Below, piece by piece: positions 44,308-53,144 of a DNA stretch of 64,000 nucleotides. Origin of the DNA: Terriglobia bacterium (GTDB lineage Bacteria; Acidobacteriota; Polarisedimenticolia; Polarisedimenticolales; JAIQFR01); assembly GCA_963790465.1 (NCBI GenBank), contig CAWBOP010000025.1, positions 40,913 through 104,912 of the forward strand, given 5' to 3'. The translations under genes were made by a program, and so were the position numbers. Numbering within the stretch: the stretch's first letter is position 1; each line of letters begins with the position of its first letter. The notes beneath the pieces are model-generated. The model was not told the origin of the DNA and did no database searches. It saw nothing but the letters and a program-made list of their open reading frames with translations.

Positions 44308-46146
44308 ATGCCGAAGATGGGGATCGGAAGAGGAGACGATTCGCGAGCTCCGGCGCTGGCCGCCGTCATGCTCGCCGTGCTGGCCATGGCCTCGCTCGGC
44401 CGGGTCGCGAGCCACGGATTCCTCCTGTACGACGATCCGGAATACGTCACCGGGAACCCCCAGGTTCGGGCCGGGCTGACGCTCGCCGGATTCTTGTGGG
44501 CGTTCACGACGACGAGCGTGTACAGCTGGCAGCCGCTGACCTGGCTGTCCCACATGATCGACGCCGGGATCTACGGGCTGCGGCCGGCGGGACACCACCT
44601 CACGAGTCTGTTCCTCCACGTCGCGAGCACGCTGCTGCTGTTCCTGTTCTTCCGGCGAACGACCGGCTCGACCTGGCGGAGCGCGTTCACGGCCGCGCTG
44701 TTCGCCGTCCACCCGCTTCACGTGGAATCGGTCGCCTGGGTGTCCGAGCGGAAGGACGTTCTGAGCACGTTCTTCCTCATGCTGACGCTCGTCGCCTACG
44801 CCCGCCACGCAGCGCGCCCCCGGGTCTCGAGCTACGCCGCGGTCGCCTTGTTTCTCGCGCTCGGCCTGATGTCGAAGCCGATGCTCGTGACGCTGCCGCT
44901 TCTCCTCTTACTTGTCGACATCTGGCCACTCGGGCGTCTCGGGCCGGGCGAAAAGAACGGCGCCGGGGCCGCGGCGTTGCGCTCGCGCGTGATCGAGAAG
45001 ATTCCACTGTTCGCGCTCGCGGCGGCGTCCGCGGCGATCACCGTCGTCGCGCAGCATCGCGGGGGGGCCGTGAAGTCGCTCGAGCTTTATCCCCTGGCCG
45101 TGCGGTGCGGCAACGCTCTGGTCTCCGTTTTCCGCTACCTCGGGAAAGCCGTCTGGCCGTCGAACCTGGCCGTTTATTACCCGCACCCCGGGAACTCCCT
45201 GCCGTCGTGGCAGGTCGTTCTCGCGGCGGTCGCGCTCGTCGCCGCGACCCTCGCGGTCTTGAGCGTGAGGACGCGTTTCCCCTACCTCGCGGTCGGGTGG
45301 CTCTGGTACCTCGTGAGCCTGATCCCGGTGCTGGGACTCGTCCAGGTCGGCGACCAGGCGATGGCCGACCGATACACCTACGTGCCGCTGATCGGGCCGT
45401 TCGTCGCGGTCGTCTGGGGCGTTTCGGACCTCGCCGCCCGCTTCGCGAGAGGCCGGGAGCGCTCCGTCTCCCGCGCGCGCGCCGCGGCGGCCACGCTGGT
45501 CGTCCTCGTTCTGGGAAGCTTGGCGTGCGTCCAGGCCGGCTACTGGCGCGACACCGAGACGTTGTTCGGCCGCGCGTGCCGGGTCACGCAGGGGAACGAT
45601 TTCGCGCTCGGGATCCTCGGCGACGCGCTGGCGGTTCGAGGGCGCGACGGCGAAGCGATCGAGCGGTACCGCGAAGCGCTGGGGATCCACCCTGGTAACC
45701 GCCGCGTCCGTTCGAATCTGGGCCAGCTGCTCTGGAAGCAGGGGAGGCGGGAAGAAGCCCGGGCCGAGTGGCTGTCGGTGCTTCGAACGGATCCGGCGTT
45801 CGGCCCGGCGCACGACGGCCTCGGGCGCCTTCTCGCCTCGGACGGCGATCTCGACGAGGGGGCGGCCCACTTCGAGGCCGCCCTGCGCTCGAATCCCGAC
45901 GACACGGCCGCCCTCTCCGGCCTCGGCACGATCCGCGCCCGGCAGGGCCGGTTCGCGGAGGCGGCCGTCCATCTGCGCCGCGATCGCAGGCTGCGGCCGG
46001 ACCTCCTCGAGACCTGCGCGCGTCTCGCGTGGGTGCTCGCGTGGAGCGGCGACACCGAAGGTGCCTGGGAGGAGATCCGCCTCGCGCAGCGTCAGGGACT
46101 CGAGTTTCCGGACGATCTCATCCGCGGGCTTCCGCCTCCCCCCTAG
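44308..46146 (+). CDS. TMTC/PMT_2-like GT-C glycosyltransferase with C-terminal TPR repeats
   Basis: N-terminus: FLLYDDPEYVTGNPQVRAGL...HHLTSLFLHV...AVHPLHVESVAWVSERKDVL. C-terminus: about 5 TPR repeats. Confidence 0.75.
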   Translation: MPKMGIGRGDDSRAPALAAVMLAVLAMASLGRVASHGFLLYDDPEYVTGNPQVRAGLTLAGFLWAFTTTSVYSWQPLTWLSHMIDAGIYGLRPAGHHLTSLFLHVASTLLLFLFFRRTTGSTWRSAFTAALFAVHPLHVESVAWVSERKDVLSTFFLMLTLVAYARHAARPRVSSYAAVALFLALGLMSKPMLVTLPLLLLLVDIWPLGRLGPGEKNGAGAAALRSRVIEKIPLFALAAASAAITVVAQHRGGAVKSLELYPLAVRCGNALVSVFRYLGKAVWPSNLAVYYPHPGNSLPSWQVVLAAVALVAATLAVLSVRTRFPYLAVGWLWYLVSLIPVLGLVQVGDQAMADRYTYVPLIGPFVAVVWGVSDLAARFARGRERSVSRARAAAATLVVLVLGSLACVQAGYWRDTETLFGRACRVTQGNDFALGILGDALAVRGRDGEAIERYREALGIHPGNRRVRSNLGQLLWKQGRREEARAEWLSVLRTDPAFGPAHDGLGRLLASDGDLDEGAAHFEAALRSNPDDTAALSGLGTIRARQGRFAEAAVHLRRDRRLRPDLLETCARLAWVLAWSGDTEGAWEEIRLAQRQGLEFPDDLIRGLPPPP

Positions 46147-46161
46147 GTGGCGGGAGCGCTC

Positions 46162-46620
46162 TCAGGCCTTCACGTCCAGCAGGGTGGAACCGGGCGAGGC
46201 GGCGAGCCCCGCGTACGCGGCCAGGATCGGATCGATCTCCGTCCTCGCGCGGCCGGCGTCGGCGCGCGCCGCCGATGCGTAGATGCTTGCGAGCGCGGCG
46301 GCCGGCAAGGCGCGCGACGGCGGCCGCGGGGCGACGACGCGAGTCTCCCTCGCCTGCGGCAGGCGCGACCGGTCCCCTCCGGACCAGCGCGCCATCGCGC
46401 GGCTCTCGCGCGAAAGTCGCGCCTCGTCGGAGTTGTCGTCGATGCTCGCGGTGCTCGGTGGCGGCACGGGCTGCCACGCGCCATTGACGCGCGTGAGAGG
46501 CAGGGCGTCACCCTTCACCCAGTACGCGCTGGGCGAAGAGCCTCCCGGCACCGAAATGAGCATCTCGACGTTCATCAGCCGCCTTCCGTCCCGGTTGCGG
46601 ACAACATAGTACCCGGGCAC
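46162..46620 (-). CDS. hypothetical protein (start uncertain; possible frame break upstream)
   Basis: The frame is coding-like. The stop-to-stop frame continues upstream of GTG 46620, and a second frame carries a plausible N-terminal continuation. Confidence 0.35.
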   Translation of the reverse strand: MPGYYVVRNRDGRRLMNVEMLISVPGGSSPSAYWVKGDALPLTRVNGAWQPVPPPSTASIDDNSDEARLSRESRAMARWSGGDRSRLPQARETRVVAPRPPSRALPAAALASIYASAARADAGRARTEIDPILAAYAGLAASPGSTLLDVKA

Positions 46621-46748
46621 TGGCCGCGCCAGAGCCGTGGGGCCGTCCGGCCGCGTCGAGGATCGTGTCGTCCGCGTCCGGCATCGCGGCCTCGTTCGGC
46701 TCGCGGGAGTCGCGACTCGAGACGGCGGCGACCTTGACGTCGAGATCT

Positions 46749-46769
46749 ACCCAACGTAGATTGTTGGGT
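46749..46769 (+). promoter_or_regulatory. palindrome ACCCAAC-n7-GTTGGGT 18 nt upstream of the Xre-antitoxin GTG (candidate operator)
   Basis: Read directly from the sequence. An RBS (GGGAGGAG) follows. Confidence 0.4.
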
Positions 46770-46786
46770 GACGGGAGGAGAAGATC

Positions 46787-47200
46787 GTGAAAGCCCCACG
46801 GAAACCTTCGCCGGCTGCCCGTGCCGCGCCGCGCCGCGGCGAGGGCCGGAGAGTCTTTGAACCCGGCCCGGTGGAGTGGCTCCTCGTGACGCGCCTCGCC
46901 CACCTCGTCCGCGAGCTCGGGAACAATCGCCTCGCCGGCCTTTTAGACGTCAGCGCCTCCCAGCCTTCGCGCTGGAAGTCGGGCGAGGAGAGGATCGGCG
47001 CCGAGAACCAGAGGCGGCTCATCGATCTCGACTACGTCCTGGCGCGGCTCCTCCGGCTGTATCCTCGAGAGCAGGCCGAGATCTGGCTGACCTCCCACAA
47101 CGTTTACCTCGGGTCCCGCCCGGTCGACGTCCTGAGGCTGCGAGGCGCCGCCGCGGTCGTCCAGGCGATCGACGCCGAGGCCGAGGGCGCGTACGCCTAG
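46787..47200 (+). CDS. Xre/MbcA/ParS-like antitoxin (DUF2384 toxin-binding domain)
   Basis: LLDVSASQPSRWKSGEERI...LIDLDYVLARLLRLY..EQAEIWLTSHNVYLGSRPVDVL. Confidence 0.8.
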   Translation: MKAPRKPSPAARAAPRRGEGRRVFEPGPVEWLLVTRLAHLVRELGNNRLAGLLDVSASQPSRWKSGEERIGAENQRRLIDLDYVLARLLRLYPREQAEIWLTSHNVYLGSRPVDVLRLRGAAAVVQAIDAEAEGAYA

Positions 47201-47222
47201 CCTCCATAGGGTCTTCCCGTGG

Positions 47223-47750
47223 GTGGCCGGCGCCCGGAAGGGAGAAGTGGGGCACCCGCTCTATCGGGCGAGCCCGCAGGGGGCGGGACGCGTGGACAAC
47301 CCCGAGCACTACCGTGTTCTCTACGCGTCCGACGCCGCGGCCGGCGCCGTCGCCGAAGCGTTCGGGAATCACACGATCTGGACACCGATGCTCCTCGGCG
47401 GGCGGCCCGATCTCCCGGGGAGCGTCCGCGCGCTGGCGACGTTCGACGCCGCGAGGGTCGAGGCCCTCGATCTCGACGACGCCCGCCGTCTCGTCGAGCG
47501 GGCGCTCCGCCCTTCCGAGGTCGTCAGCCGCGATCGTGCCGCGACCCAGCGCTGGGCGCGGCGGGTGCACCAGGAGAAGAAGTGGGCGGGGATCCGCTGG
47601 TGGAGCCGCTACGACTCGCGCTGGGGATCCTTCGGCCTGTGGGACCTCTCGAAGTTGAAGCTCCTCGACGTCGCGCCGCTGACGCCCGAACATCCGGCGC
47701 TCGTCGAAGCGGCGGCGGCGCTGTCGAGGCCGTGGAGGGAGCGGCCGTAG
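47223..47750 (+). CDS. RES-domain toxin (MbcT/ParT-like NAD+-targeting family)
   Basis: GRVDNPEHYRVLYASDAAAGAVAE (R..E) and IRWWSRYDS (S). It lies immediately downstream of the DUF2384 antitoxin. Confidence 0.8.
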   Translation: MAGARKGEVGHPLYRASPQGAGRVDNPEHYRVLYASDAAAGAVAEAFGNHTIWTPMLLGGRPDLPGSVRALATFDAARVEALDLDDARRLVERALRPSEVVSRDRAATQRWARRVHQEKKWAGIRWWSRYDSRWGSFGLWDLSKLKLLDVAPLTPEHPALVEAAAALSRPWRERP

Positions 47751-47765
47751 CGGCGGCGCTCCCCC

Positions 47766-49028
47766 TCACTCGTGCCGCAGCGCCTCGATCGGATCGAGGC
47801 GGGCGGCGCGCCAGGCGGGGTAGGTGCCGAAGAAGAGGCCGACGAAGGCGGAGACCACGAGGCCGGCGACCACGGCCCCCGGCGAGAACACGGCGGGGAA
47901 CGGACTGAGCGCCGAGACGAGCCGGGCGATTCCGAGACCCGAGAGAACCCCCGTGGCGCCGCCGACCAGCGTCAGCGTCATCGCCTCGGTAAGGAACTGC
48001 TGCAGGATGTCCCGGCGGCGCGCGCCGAGCGCCTTGCGGACCCCGATCTCCCGCGTCCGCTGCGTCACGTTCATCAGCATGATGTTCATGACGCCGACGC
48101 CGCCGATGACCAGGCTGATGCCGGCGATGGCGAGCATCGCGGCGCTGATCCCTCCGGTGATCTGCCGGAACAGCCGGATGTAGCGGTCGGGAGTGCGGAC
48201 GGCGAAGTCGTTGGGCTGGTCGAAACGGAGGCCGCGCCGGTCCCGCAGGATCTCGGTCCCTTGTTCGATCGCGAGGTTGAGCCACTCCGGCTTCTTCGGG
48301 ACCGTGGCGATCACGCAGCCGTAGGTCTTCTGCGTGTCCGGCCAGATCCGGTCGAACACCCCTATCGGGACGACCATCTGGAGGTTGGCCCCGCCCTGGT
48401 CGAGGAAGCCTCCCTTGTCCTCGAACACCCCGATCACGCGGAACGGCCGGCCGTTGACCTCGATCAGCCGCCCCAGCGGGTCGATCCTCGGGAACAGCGC
48501 CTCGACGATCCCCTTGCCGATGACCGCGACCGGGGCGTCGTGCCGCTCTTCGCCGTCGGTGAAGAATCGCCCGGACTGCACGAAGTGGCTGTTGGCGTCC
48601 GGATAACCGTGCGTGACGCCGCCGACGGTGGCCCCTTCGACACGCTCTCCCCGCCACCGCACCTCGATCCCCTGGAACTGCCACCTCTCGGGGGAGACGA
48701 AGCGGATCGCCCAGGCGTACCGCTCGAGCGCCCGCGCGTCGTCGAGGGTGAGCACCGGGCGAAGCCGCTCCTCCTCGCGCGGCGGGCCACCGTGGAACTC
48801 GTCCTCGTGGATCTGGAACTGCACGAGGGTCGCGCCGAACTGGCGAAACGAGGAGATGAACCGCTCGTTGAACCCCTGGATCAGCGACACCATGACGATG
48901 ACGGTCGCGACGCCGATCACGACGCCGAGGCAGGTCAGGAGCGACCGGAGCTTCTGCTCGCGGATCGACCGGAACGCGGAGGCGACGTTCTCGCGCCGGG
49001 CGGCGAGGCTCGCGAGCACGCGGCCCAT
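47766..49028 (-). CDS. MacB/FtsX-family ABC transporter permease
   Basis: MacB_PCD periplasmic domain plus the C-terminal FtsX 3-TM unit (REIGVRKALGARRRDIL). Confidence 0.88.
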   Translation of the reverse strand: MGRVLASLAARRENVASAFRSIREQKLRSLLTCLGVVIGVATVIVMVSLIQGFNERFISSFRQFGATLVQFQIHEDEFHGGPPREEERLRPVLTLDDARALERYAWAIRFVSPERWQFQGIEVRWRGERVEGATVGGVTHGYPDANSHFVQSGRFFTDGEERHDAPVAVIGKGIVEALFPRIDPLGRLIEVNGRPFRVIGVFEDKGGFLDQGGANLQMVVPIGVFDRIWPDTQKTYGCVIATVPKKPEWLNLAIEQGTEILRDRRGLRFDQPNDFAVRTPDRYIRLFRQITGGISAAMLAIAGISLVIGGVGVMNIMLMNVTQRTREIGVRKALGARRRDILQQFLTEAMTLTLVGGATGVLSGLGIARLVSALSPFPAVFSPGAVVAGLVVSAFVGLFFGTYPAWRAARLDPIEALRHE

Positions 49029-49029
49029 T

Positions 49030-50247
49030 TCATTCCTCCCGGAGCGCCTCGACCGGGTCGAGGCGGGCGGCGCGCGCCGCGGGAAGCCAGCCCGCGAGGA
49101 CGCCGGAGAGCGTCGAGACCGCGAGGCCGGTCAGCACGAGCCCCATCGTCACCCGCGCGGGGAACGGGGTCATCCCCTCGACCGCCTTCGACACGGCCCA
49201 GCCGAGGAGGACGCCGGCGACGCCGCCGAAGAAACTCAGGGCGGCCGCCTCGAAGAGGAACTGCCGCCTCACGTCGCGGCGGCGCGCGCCGATCGCCTTG
49301 CGGATGCCGATCTCGTGGGTTCGCTCCATGACCGAAGCGAACATCGTGTTGGCGATGGCGACGCCGCCCACCACGAGCGAGATCGACGAGATCCAGATCA
49401 CGAGGGCGAAGCCGGCGAACGTCAGGTTCCTCCAGAGCGAGTTGAGCGCCTGGGCGTCCACCACGCCGAACGGGTCGGGATCCCGGAAGCCGGTGCCGCG
49501 GCGCGCGCGGAAGGCGACCCGCGCCTCCTCGAGAACGGCGTCCTTCGAGGCGGCGTCGGGCGCCTCGACGAAGACGTCGAGGCTCTCGGATTTTCCGAAC
49601 GCCTTCTGGTAGGCGCCCAGCGGGACGAACAGGAACTTGTCCTGGCTCTGACCGAGCGCCCGCCCCTGCTTCACGGTCATGCCGATGATCCGGAACGGCT
49701 TCCCCTGCACCGTGACCCTCCGCCCGATCGGATCCACGTGCGGGAACAACTCGTCCTTGAGGTCGGTGCCGATCACCGCGACGGCGCGGGACGCGGCGTC
49801 CTCCCCCTCGGTGAAGTACCGGCCGTCCTGCAACTCGAGCCCGACCATCCAGGGGAACTCGGGGCCCGCCCCCACCACGATCGCGTCGGGAAGGCGCCGC
49901 CCCTCGGCGTACACCGCCTTCACGGTGAACACGCGGCCGGTGATCCGCTTCGCGCGGGGGACGAGCCGGCGCACCGCCTCCACGTCGTCCGACGAGATGT
50001 CCTTCCGCTTGATCGCCTGGAGGAACTCCTCGCGGCTGGTGATGATGCCGAACTTGGAGAGGATGAACGTGTTGGGACCGAGTTGCCCGATCAGGTTCGC
50101 CGCGTACTCGTTGAGCCCCGAGACCACGGAGATCACCGCCACGATGGTGGTGACCGCGATGATGATCCCGAGCAGGTTGAGGAACGACCGGAGCTTGTGC
50201 GCCAATACCGACGCCAGCGAGATCCGGGCGACCTCGAGGGCGATCAC
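49030..50247 (-). CDS. MacB/FtsX-family ABC transporter permease (paralogue)
   Basis: Same architecture (HEIGIRKAIGARRRDV). It starts 1 nt after the stop of the neighbouring gene. Confidence 0.88.
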   Translation of the reverse strand: MIALEVARISLASVLAHKLRSFLNLLGIIIAVTTIVAVISVVSGLNEYAANLIGQLGPNTFILSKFGIITSREEFLQAIKRKDISSDDVEAVRRLVPRAKRITGRVFTVKAVYAEGRRLPDAIVVGAGPEFPWMVGLELQDGRYFTEGEDAASRAVAVIGTDLKDELFPHVDPIGRRVTVQGKPFRIIGMTVKQGRALGQSQDKFLFVPLGAYQKAFGKSESLDVFVEAPDAASKDAVLEEARVAFRARRGTGFRDPDPFGVVDAQALNSLWRNLTFAGFALVIWISSISLVVGGVAIANTMFASVMERTHEIGIRKAIGARRRDVRRQFLFEAAALSFFGGVAGVLLGWAVSKAVEGMTPFPARVTMGLVLTGLAVSTLSGVLAGWLPAARAARLDPVEALREE

Positions 50248-51530
50248 TTGTCGAGTTCCGCGCGCTCGCTGTTGTCCACCAGGACCTTCGCGTCGGGCTT
50301 CAGCTCGCGCAGCGCCTTGAAGGGGCCCACGATCACCTCGTCCCCCGCGTCGATCCCCTTGACCACCTCGAGGTCGAGCTCCCCCTTGATGCCGGTGGTC
50401 ACCGCCTTGAACGCGGCCTTCCCGTCCCGTGCGACGTAGATCCCCTCGACGTCCCGCGTCCGCGACGCCACCGTCGCGACCTCTTCCCCCTTCCTGCGGC
50501 TCTCGACTCCGTCCTCGGTTTTTGGCGGGCCTCCCTTCCCCTCGTCCTCGCTTCTCAGTACGAGGGCGCCGATCGGGACCGTGAGAACCCCCTTGCGGGT
50601 GTCGGTCGTGATGTCGGAGGTCACGGTGAGGCCCGGCCGGATCCCGGCGGGGTGCGACGTCAGGGCGACCTTCACCTCGTAATCGGTACCGGTCGCGGCC
50701 TGCCCGAGGGAGGTGGTCCCGCGGATCGGGCTGGACCCGATCTCGGAGACGACACCGGGGAACGGCTTGCCGGGGAACGCGTCGATGAGGACCGAGGCCG
50801 GCTGGCCGAGGCGGAGGAGCGGCACGTCGGTCTGGTCCACGTCCAGGACCGCCTCGACGGTGGACATGTCGGAGATGGTCATGAGCACGGTACCGGGGTT
50901 GTTCATCGTCCCGGTCACCACGACCTCCCCCTGCTCGATGTTGCGGCGGGTGACGATCCCGTCCATCGGGGCGCGGATCTCGGTCTTGTCGAGGGCGTCG
51001 TGTGTCGAGGACAGCTCGGCGTGCGCCTGGGTGACCTGGCGCTCCGCCCGGCTCAACGCCGACAGCGACTGCTCGTGGAAGCTCTTGGTCCGGTCATAGT
51101 CGGCCGTGGCGAGGATCCCGTCCTTGAACTGCGCCTCGGCGCGGACGAGATCCCGCTTCGCCTGGGCCGCGACCTCGCGCACTCGCGCCACCTCCGACTC
51201 CAGCGATTCGAGGGAGGAGCGGCTCGAATCGACCGCCGCCCGGTAGCGCGCCTGGTCGATGACCAGGAGGAGGTCCCCCTTCTTGACCGCGTCCCCCTCG
51301 CGGACGTCGAGCTTCGTGATCTGCCCCATGATGTTGGCCGAGAGGTCCACCTTCGTGCGGGCCTGGATGGTCCCGTTGGCCGTCACCAGAGAAGCGAGAT
51401 CTTTCTTCTCGACCTTCGCGGTCCGCACACGGATCCCCTCGGGCTTCCGCTTTTGAATCACGACGCCGACGCCCACCGCCACCGCCAGCGCGGCACCGAT
51501 CCCGATGACGATCCAGGTTCCCTTCTTCAT
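50244..51530 (-). CDS. periplasmic adaptor (MacA/HlyD, RND-MFP family)
   Basis: N-terminal TM from MKKGTWIVIGIGAALAV, a coiled-coil hairpin and a barrel-sandwich domain (GDLLLVIDQARY). Confidence 0.85.
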   Translation of the reverse strand: MKKGTWIVIGIGAALAVAVGVGVVIQKRKPEGIRVRTAKVEKKDLASLVTANGTIQARTKVDLSANIMGQITKLDVREGDAVKKGDLLLVIDQARYRAAVDSSRSSLESLESEVARVREVAAQAKRDLVRAEAQFKDGILATADYDRTKSFHEQSLSALSRAERQVTQAHAELSSTHDALDKTEIRAPMDGIVTRRNIEQGEVVVTGTMNNPGTVLMTISDMSTVEAVLDVDQTDVPLLRLGQPASVLIDAFPGKPFPGVVSEIGSSPIRGTTSLGQAATGTDYEVKVALTSHPAGIRPGLTVTSDITTDTRKGVLTVPIGALVLRSEDEGKGGPPKTEDGVESRRKGEEVATVASRTRDVEGIYVARDGKAAFKAVTTGIKGELDLEVVKGIDAGDEVIVGPFKALRELKPDAKVLVDNSERAELDK

Positions 51531-51740
51531 GAGGCGGACTCCTCCTCCGGCGCGCGCCAAAACCCGCCGCCGGACGGACGTTCGGCCGGTGACTTAGGTA
51601 CGTCGGCCCGCGCCCGAGGTTCTCCTCGGCACGCGCGGGCGACACGGGGCGATTCTAGCGCCGGTTGTGAGGCGACGCCTGAACGTCTGGCAGCGGTCAC
51701 GGACCTCGATACACGGGCGGCGATTGCGGTGCGGCTCCCG

Positions 51741-51748
51741 TGTACAAT
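51741..51748 (+). promoter_or_regulatory. extended -10-like element TGtACAAT upstream of the radical-SAM gene
   Basis: Read directly from the sequence. No good -35 element. Confidence 0.25.
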
Positions 51749-51851
51749 CACCGGCGGCCTCCTTCGAGCGCCGCAGCAGGCGGCGGCCCGAACGATGATG
51801 ATGGGGAGTTTCACTCGATCACGCCGTAAACACAGAGGGGGACAGAGCACC

Positions 51852-52958
51852 ATGAAACCGGGAATGACCGCCGAGGAACTCGAGGCCGCCTACGCGCTGT
51901 CGGCCCGCCCCTTCGTCGAAGCCCCGAGCGCCGTCAATTGGGAAGAGCTCATCCACCTGCGAGCCTGGCGTTACGTGCTGGAGATCAGCAGCGCCTGCAA
52001 CCTTCATTGTACGCTCTGCCACGCCGGTAACCGCGAGGGCTACCAGTACACACCAGGCACCATGAATCCGGAACTGTTCGAGAAGATACTGGACAAGATC
52101 GCCTTGGAGAACCCCAAGGCTATCGTCTGCGCCTACGTCAACTCGGAGCCGTTTTTGCATCCGCGACTGGCCGAATGCATCGCCTCGATCAAGGGGCGAG
52201 GACTCAGCTGCGAGATCGCCACCAACCTGAACTACATGCGAAACGCGGAGGCGGTGCTCGACGCGCGGCCGGACCTGTTCACGGTGAGTGTCTCGGGCTT
52301 CACGCAGCCCGTCTATGAGCGGGCGCACAGGGGCGGAAACATCGACGTGGTGAAGCAGAACCTCCACGAGCTGGCGGAGATCGTGCAGCGCATCAAGTAC
52401 GACGGCTTCGTCGGCATCAGCTATCACATGTACAACGACAACATGGGCGAGGAGATGGCGCAGATGACGCAGCTCGCCGTGAGCCTCGGCTTCAGGTTCT
52501 TGACCTCCTGGGGTCGCGTGATCACGATGGAGAACACCGTCCAGGCCTTGCGCCACCTGGAGGAGCAGCAGACCGGTCAGAAGCGTCCCTACGACCTAAG
52601 TCCCGACGGACTTGATCTGAACACGATGCTCCCGCCGGCTAACCCGGAGTTCATCAAGGGGATGGAACGGCTGCACTTCCATCCCGCCAAGGCCCGCGAG
52701 TTCTACGCCCGGTGGCCGGTCGCGCCGGTCTGCGTGATCGCCGACGTATTTACTGAAATCCGGCACGACGGCCGCGTCCAGCTATGCGCGTGGACCGACG
52801 ACACGCGCCTCACGCTGGGCAACTACCTGGAGATGAGCCAGGAGGAGATCGTCGCGGCCCGCCGCGGCCATCCGCTGTGCCGGGAATGCCTGCGCTACCG
52901 CACCAACCTCTACTTCCACATCGTGGACCGCCTGCGCTGGGATGACATGAGTTCCTAG
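51852..52958 (+). CDS. radical SAM enzyme with a partial SPASM/twitch-like C-terminal Cys motif
   Basis: CNLHCTLC is the CX3CX2C motif. The C-terminal CVIADVFTEIRHDGRVQLC fits CX12GX4C and is followed by CREC. GC is lower than in the flanks. The TAG stop lies inside MITE copy 2. Confidence 0.8.
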   Translation: MKPGMTAEELEAAYALSARPFVEAPSAVNWEELIHLRAWRYVLEISSACNLHCTLCHAGNREGYQYTPGTMNPELFEKILDKIALENPKAIVCAYVNSEPFLHPRLAECIASIKGRGLSCEIATNLNYMRNAEAVLDARPDLFTVSVSGFTQPVYERAHRGGNIDVVKQNLHELAEIVQRIKYDGFVGISYHMYNDNMGEEMAQMTQLAVSLGFRFLTSWGRVITMENTVQALRHLEEQQTGQKRPYDLSPDGLDLNTMLPPANPEFIKGMERLHFHPAKAREFYARWPVAPVCVIADVFTEIRHDGRVQLCAWTDDTRLTLGNYLEMSQEEIVAARRGHPLCRECLRYRTNLYFHIVDRLRWDDMSS

Positions 52959-53137
52959 TCCGGATTATTCATGAAGAACCGTAGCGAGACCGCGGAGATG
53001 CCCGTCATGCTTGGCGCTCGCAGGACCGAGGACCCGACGCGTACTGTACCGTACGTGGAGGGTCCGAGGCCCGAGAACGCCGAGCAGGGTGGGCAGATAC
53101 GCGGTCGCAGTAGGTTCTTCATGAATAATGCGGGCTA
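52956..53137 (+). mobile_element. 182-bp MITE-like palindromic element, copy 2
   Basis: 178/182 identical to 32139-32320. It sits between the radical-SAM stop and the GT2 start (7 nt from the ATG). Confidence 0.85.
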
Positions 53138-53144
53138 GGACAGC

